From an uncultured delta proteobacterium (GTDB lineage: Bacteria; Desulfobacterota; RBG-13-43-22), in the NCBI GenBank assembly GCA_963743305.1, contig CAVUPH010000033.1:64001-128000 (forward strand): a stretch of DNA of 64,000 bases, in the 5' to 3' direction. Of this stretch, positions 59,218 through 64,000 are shown piece after piece. The notes below the pieces were generated by a model. It was not told the origin of the DNA. It was given only the letters and a program-made list of their open reading frames with translations, and made no database searches. Numbering within the stretch: the first letter of the stretch is position 1; each line of letters begins with the position of its first letter. Made by a program: the position numbers and the translations under genes.

Positions 59218-60623
59218 ACGATTCGTTCCAGGCAGAGTTTGGAGAAGGCCTGATCGGGGGGTATCGGGTAACGGCCGTCAAAGCAGGCCAGGCAAAAGCT
59301 GGCAGCCGGAAGGCCGGTGGCCGAGATCATCCCTTCCAGGCTCAGGTACCCCAGACCGTCCAGCTCCAGAAATTTTTGGATCTCCGGTACGGAATGCTGA
59401 CAGGCAATTAATTCCCCCTTGGTGGAAAAATCGATGCCGTAATAACAGGGGAAACGATGAGGGGGGCAACTGACCAGCATGTGGATCTCGGTGGCCCCGG
59501 CGGATCGTATGGCCTGGACCCGGGTCCGGCTGGTGGTTCCTCGGATGATCGAGTCCTCGATGATCACCACCCGTTTCCCTTTCAAAACGGATTTGACCGG
59601 GTTGAGTTTGACCCGAACGCCGAAATCCCGCATGGTTTGGGAAGGCTGGATGAAGGTCCGGCCGATGTAGTGATTCCGGATGACTCCCATTTCAAAGGGG
59701 ATGCCGGAAGCCTCGGCATAGCCGAGGGCCGCGTAATTGCCGGAGTCCGGGAAGGGCATGGACAGGTCCGCTTCCAATTGAAATTCCTGGGCCATCATGC
59801 GGCCCAACCGTTTTCGAACCTGGTAGACATTCTGTCCGAAAATCAGGCTGTCCGGCCGGGCGAAGTAAATGAATTCGAAGATACAAAAAGCCTTTCGCTC
59901 CTGGGGAAAGGGCTTGATGGAACGCAGGCCCTGGGCGTTGATAAAGACAATCTCGCCCGGTTCGATATCGCGGACATACTGGGCCTCCACCAGATCCAGG
60001 GCGCAGGTTTCGGAGGCCAGGACATAAGCACCGTTTAAGCGGCCCAAACACAAGGGTCGAAAGCCGAAGGGGTCCCGCACCCCGATCAGTTGATCCTGGG
60101 TCAGCATCACCATGGAATAGGCCCCCTCGACCTGAGACAGGGCTTTGGTCAGGGCCGACTCCAAGCCGTTTTCCAGCGCGTGGGCGATGAGATGAATGAA
60201 TATTTCGCTGTCCATGGTGGATTGAAAGATGGCTCCCCGTTTTTCCAATTCCTGGCGCAGGGTGTGGGCATTGGTCAGGTTGCCGTTATGCGCGATGGCC
60301 AGGGCCAGCCCCCCGTGGGAGACTAGAAAGGGCTGGGCATTTTTCAACATGGAAGAACCGGTGGTGGAGTAGCGTACATGGCCGATGGCCATATTCCCCT
60401 GAAGCCGGCTTAACTGCTGTTCGTTAAAGACATCCGGCACCAGACCCATGCCCTTGTGTTCCCGGACCCAGGTGCCGTCGGAGATGACGATGCCGGCACT
60501 CTCCTCCCCCCGGTGCTGCAGGGCGTACAGTCCGAAATAAGTCAACTTGGCGGCCTCCGGGTGTCCGAAGACCCCGAAAATGCCGCATTCTTCTTTGATC
60601 TCGCGGTTGGAAAAAAGGGCCAT
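59214..60623 (-). CDS. purF: Amidophosphoribosyltransferase
   Basis: EECG, LQHRG, HNGN, DSIIRGTT. Confidence 0.97.
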   Translation of the reverse strand: MALFSNREIKEECGIFGVFGHPEAAKLTYFGLYALQHRGEESAGIVISDGTWVREHKGMGLVPDVFNEQQLSRLQGNMAIGHVRYSTTGSSMLKNAQPFLVSHGGLALAIAHNGNLTNAHTLRQELEKRGAIFQSTMDSEIFIHLIAHALENGLESALTKALSQVEGAYSMVMLTQDQLIGVRDPFGFRPLCLGRLNGAYVLASETCALDLVEAQYVRDIEPGEIVFINAQGLRSIKPFPQERKAFCIFEFIYFARPDSLIFGQNVYQVRKRLGRMMAQEFQLEADLSMPFPDSGNYAALGYAEASGIPFEMGVIRNHYIGRTFIQPSQTMRDFGVRVKLNPVKSVLKGKRVVIIEDSIIRGTTSRTRVQAIRSAGATEIHMLVSCPPHRFPCYYGIDFSTKGELIACQHSVPEIQKFLELDGLGYLSLEGMISATGLPAASFCLACFDGRYPIPPDQAFSKLCLERIV

Positions 60624-63600
60624 TTACTTTATTCCTTGATGATATTCCTGGATGGTCCGCACGGTTAATTTTTTTCCCTGCAGGGCTTCAATGGCCTGGG
60701 CGGCGGCTTTGGCCCCGGCCACGGTAGTATAATAGGGCAGGTTATGCATCAGCGCGGTGCGGCGGATGGAATAGGATTCCGAAACGCTGCGGGCGCCGAT
60801 GGTGGTATTGATGACCAAGTGAATGTCCCCGTTTTTGATATGGTCTACCACATGGGGCCGTCCCTCCCGGACTTTGTGCACCGTCTGGTTAGGCAGACCG
60901 GCCTGCTGAAGAAAGTCGGAGGTGCCCCGGGTGGCCAGGATTTTAAAGCCCAAATTATATAGTCTTTTGGCCGTGGAACAAATTAATTTTTTATCCCGAT
61001 CCCGAACGCTGATAAACACGCCGCCCCCCAGGGGTAGATTCTGTCCGGCCGCCAACTGGGATTTGGCGAAGGCCAAACCGAAGGTCTCGTCGATGCCCAT
61101 CACCTCACCGGTGGATTTCATCTCCGGACCCAGGAGGGTGTCCACCCCGGGAAAGCGCAGGAAGGGAAAGACGGCCTCTTTGACCGATACGTGGGTCGGG
61201 ACAATCTCCCGGGTCAGTCCCTGGGCTTCCAGGCTGCGGCCCAACATGATCCGGGTGGCGACCTTGGCCCAGGGGATGCCGGTGGCCTTGCTGACAAAGG
61301 GGATGGTGCGGGAGGCCCGGGGATTCACCTCCAGGACGTAGAGGATTTCATCCTTAAAGGCGTACTGGATGTTCATCAGGCCGCAAACGTTTAATTCTTC
61401 GGCCAGGGCATAGGTGTTCTGCTGAATCCGGCGGATCTGTTCCGGGTTGAGGGTATAAGGGGGCAGGACGCAGGCGCTGTCGCCGGAATGGATTCCGGCT
61501 TCTTCAATGTGCTCCATGATCCCGCAGATCAGAGTGCGCCGGCCGTCCGAAATGGCGTCCACATCGATTTCGATGGCCTCTTCCAGAAATTTGTCGATCA
61601 GAATGGGGTGTCCGGGCGAGACCAGGACCGCCTTGGCCATAAAGGAGTCCAGGGCTTCGGGTCCATAAACGATCTCCATGGCCCGGCCGCCCAGGACATA
61701 GGAGGGGCGGACCACCACCGGGTAACCGATCCGGGCGGCCACTTCCCGGGCCTCGGCCGTGGTCAAGGCCGTTCCGTTTTCCGGCTGGATCAAGTTTAAC
61801 TTTTGCAACAGGGCCTTGAACCGTTCCCGGTCTTCGGCCCGATCGATGCTGTCCGGCGAAGTCCCGATGATCGGGGCCCCGATTTTTTCCAGCCCTACGG
61901 CCAGATTCAGGGGGGTCTGGCCGCCGAACTGCACGATCAGCCCTTTCGGTTTTTCCCGGTCCAGGATGTGGCGGACATCCTCCAGGGTCAGCGGTTCAAA
62001 ATAAAGCTTGTCCGAGATGTCGTAATCGGTGCTGACCGTCTCGGGATTGCTGTTGACCATGATGCTGGTCAGCCCTTCCTCCCGGGTGGTCAGCGAGGCG
62101 TGGACGCAGCAATAGTCGAATTCGATCCCCTGGCCGATCCGGTTGGGGCCGCCTCCCAGGATGACAATACTCTCCGCGGGGGAGGGACGGACTTCGTCTT
62201 CCTGCTCATAGGTGGAATAATAGTAAGGCGTATAGGCTTCAAATTCGGCGGCGCAGGTGTCCACCAGCTTGTAAACCGGAAGAATCCCGGCGGAGGTCCG
62301 GCGCCGGAAGACGTCCTCCGGGGAGGCCTGAAGCAGTCGGCTCAACTGGATGTCCGAGAAGCCGTATTCCTTGGCCTGGCGAAGCCGTTCAGCGGAGAGC
62401 TCCTCCAGTCGGTGCCCGGCCAGGGATTTCTCCAAATCCAAAATTTGAATCAGATTTTCGATGAACCAGGGATCGATCCAGGACAGCTCATGAATCTCCC
62501 GGACCGTTAGTCCGGCCTGCAAAGCGGCCCGGAGATAAAAGAGACGCTGAGAATTCGGCTGGCGAAGTTTTTTCTGGATTTCTTCCAGAGGCACGTTCTC
62601 GAGGTCTTTGCCGTCGGCCCCGAATCCGTACCGGCCGATCTCCAGGGAGCGGATGCCTTTCTGCAGGGCCTCCTTGAAGGTCCGGCCGATGGCCATGGCC
62701 TCACCCACGGATTTCATGGAAGTAGTCAGCAAGTCCTCCGTACCCGGGAACTTTTCGAAGGTCCAGCGGGGAATCTTGACCACGCAATAATCGATGGTGG
62801 GCTCAAAGGAGGCCATGGTCTCCCGGGTGATGTCGTTGGGGATCTCGTCCAGCGAATAGCCCACGGCCAGTTTGGCCGCGATTTTGGCGATGGGGAAGCC
62901 CGTGGCCTTGGAGGCCAGGGCCGAGGAACGGGAAACCCGGGGATTCATTTCAATGACCACCATCTCTCCGGTCCGGGGGTGGACGGCGAACTGGATGTTG
63001 GAGCCCCCGGTTTCCACCCCGATCTCCCGGATAATGGCCAGGGAGGCATCGCGCATGGCCTGGTACTCCCGATCGGTCAGGGTCTGGGCCGGGGCCACGG
63101 TGATGGAATCGCCGGTATGAACCCCCATGGGATCGAAGTTCTCAATGGAACAGATAATGACCACGTTGTCCTTATAGTCCCGCATGACTTCCAGTTCGTA
63201 TTCCTTCCAGCCCAGGGCCGATTCTTCCAGCATGACCTGGTGGATCATACTGGCATCCAGGCCGGAGGTGACCAGGATCTCCATTTCTTCCCGGTTATAG
63301 GCTACGCCGCCCCCGGTCCCGCCCAGGGTGAAACTGGGCCGGATAATGACCGGATAGCCGAGTTTTTCGGTCAGCGTCCGGGCCTCTTCCAGGGTGGTGG
63401 CAATGCCGCTTTCCGGGACCCGGAGGCCGATTTTCCACATGGCCCGACGAAATTCATCCCGGTCCTCGGCCTTCTTGATCACCGGCAGCGAAGCCCCGAT
63501 CAATTCCACCTGGTAGCGCTCCAGGGCGCCGCTCTCGGCCACGGCCACGGCGGTATTGAGGCCGGTCTGGCCGCCCAGGGTGGGCAGCAGGGCCTGGGGC

Positions 63601-63845
63601 CTTTCCCGCTCAATGATCCGGATGACCATCTCCGGGGTAATGGGCTCGATATAGGTGCGCTGGGCCATTTCCGGATCGGTCATGATGGTGGCCGGGTTGC
63701 TGTTGATCAGTACGACCTCGTAGCCTTCTTCCCGCAAGGCCTTGCAGGCCTGGGTCCCGGAATAGTCGAATTCGCAGGCCTGGCTGATGATGATCGGTCC
63801 GGAGCCGATAAGCAAAATTTTCTTTATATCCTGACGTTTGGGCAT
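60624..63845 (-). CDS. carB: Carbamoyl-phosphate synthase large subunit
   Basis: MPKR...QACEFDYSG, two ATP-grasp domains, MGS domain. Confidence 0.98.
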   Translation of the reverse strand: MPKRQDIKKILLIGSGPIIISQACEFDYSGTQACKALREEGYEVVLINSNPATIMTDPEMAQRTYIEPITPEMVIRIIERERPQALLPTLGGQTGLNTAVAVAESGALERYQVELIGASLPVIKKAEDRDEFRRAMWKIGLRVPESGIATTLEEARTLTEKLGYPVIIRPSFTLGGTGGGVAYNREEMEILVTSGLDASMIHQVMLEESALGWKEYELEVMRDYKDNVVIICSIENFDPMGVHTGDSITVAPAQTLTDREYQAMRDASLAIIREIGVETGGSNIQFAVHPRTGEMVVIEMNPRVSRSSALASKATGFPIAKIAAKLAVGYSLDEIPNDITRETMASFEPTIDYCVVKIPRWTFEKFPGTEDLLTTSMKSVGEAMAIGRTFKEALQKGIRSLEIGRYGFGADGKDLENVPLEEIQKKLRQPNSQRLFYLRAALQAGLTVREIHELSWIDPWFIENLIQILDLEKSLAGHRLEELSAERLRQAKEYGFSDIQLSRLLQASPEDVFRRRTSAGILPVYKLVDTCAAEFEAYTPYYYSTYEQEDEVRPSPAESIVILGGGPNRIGQGIEFDYCCVHASLTTREEGLTSIMVNSNPETVSTDYDISDKLYFEPLTLEDVRHILDREKPKGLIVQFGGQTPLNLAVGLEKIGAPIIGTSPDSIDRAEDRERFKALLQKLNLIQPENGTALTTAEAREVAARIGYPVVVRPSYVLGGRAMEIVYGPEALDSFMAKAVLVSPGHPILIDKFLEEAIEIDVDAISDGRRTLICGIMEHIEEAGIHSGDSACVLPPYTLNPEQIRRIQQNTYALAEELNVCGLMNIQYAFKDEILYVLEVNPRASRTIPFVSKATGIPWAKVATRIMLGRSLEAQGLTREIVPTHVSVKEAVFPFLRFPGVDTLLGPEMKSTGEVMGIDETFGLAFAKSQLAAGQNLPLGGGVFISVRDRDKKLICSTAKRLYNLGFKILATRGTSDFLQQAGLPNQTVHKVREGRPHVVDHIKNGDIHLVINTTIGARSVSESYSIRRTALMHNLPYYTTVAGAKAAAQAIEALQGKKLTVRTIQEYHQGIK

Positions 63846-63863
63846 AATTTTTTTTGTGTTATC

Positions 63864-64000
63864 CTACCTTTTTGGGTTCTCCATAAGGTTCAGAAAATGA
63901 TCGAACAGATAGGAGGCGTCATGGGGGCCGGGGGAAGCCTCGGGATGGTACTGAACCGAAAAGAGGGGCAACTCCCGGTGCCGCAGTCCTTCCAAAGTCC
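63864..64000 (-). CDS. carA: Carbamoyl-phosphate synthase small subunit, 3' end only
   Basis: [16 protein letters not shown] then TAG. Confidence 0.93.
   Translation of the reverse strand, partial: TLEGLRHRELPLFSVQYHPEASPGPHDASYLFDHFLNLMENPKR

Overview
GC-rich anaerobic bacterial chromosome segment; gene content and repeat style suggest Desulfobacterota/Deltaproteobacteria (inference). 1-10 kb: class II (tungsten) benzoyl-CoA reductase operon bamBCDEFGH. bamE and bamF are selenoproteins read through in-frame TGA, and the operon is headed by a small DUF2080/AbrB-like gene coupled to a GNAT gene under a repeat-covered promoter. 10-21 kb: CoA-ester genes (orphan CoA-transferase beta, PaaI, Cys-less thiolase-fold protein plus DUF35), RimK-like ligase, hypCD, TetR-etfBA with a FadR-type operator, and a MazEF-like TA pair. 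21-30 kb: housekeeping genes (rpe, rsmB, fmt, def, priA) and MoxR/VWA. 30-40 kb: AT-richer island of glycosyltransferases, methyltransferases, two radical SAM enzymes and a four-repeat secreted protein. 40-48 kb: SOD, a nosZ-less NosL/NosL/FtsX cluster preceded by a Cys-rich, Pro-ending secreted peptide, TlpA, hypE and mltD. 48-56 kb: 2-oxoacid:ferredoxin oxidoreductase genes in one apparent operon with hdrA-mvhD/hdrC/hdrB, followed by a Sec-containing HesB-like gene. 56-64 kb: pfk, kdsD, purF, carB and partial carA. Eight single-base +1 insertions break five genes and are most likely assembly errors. No rRNA, tRNA, CRISPR array or transposase was recognised. All family calls are from motif recognition, not database searches.
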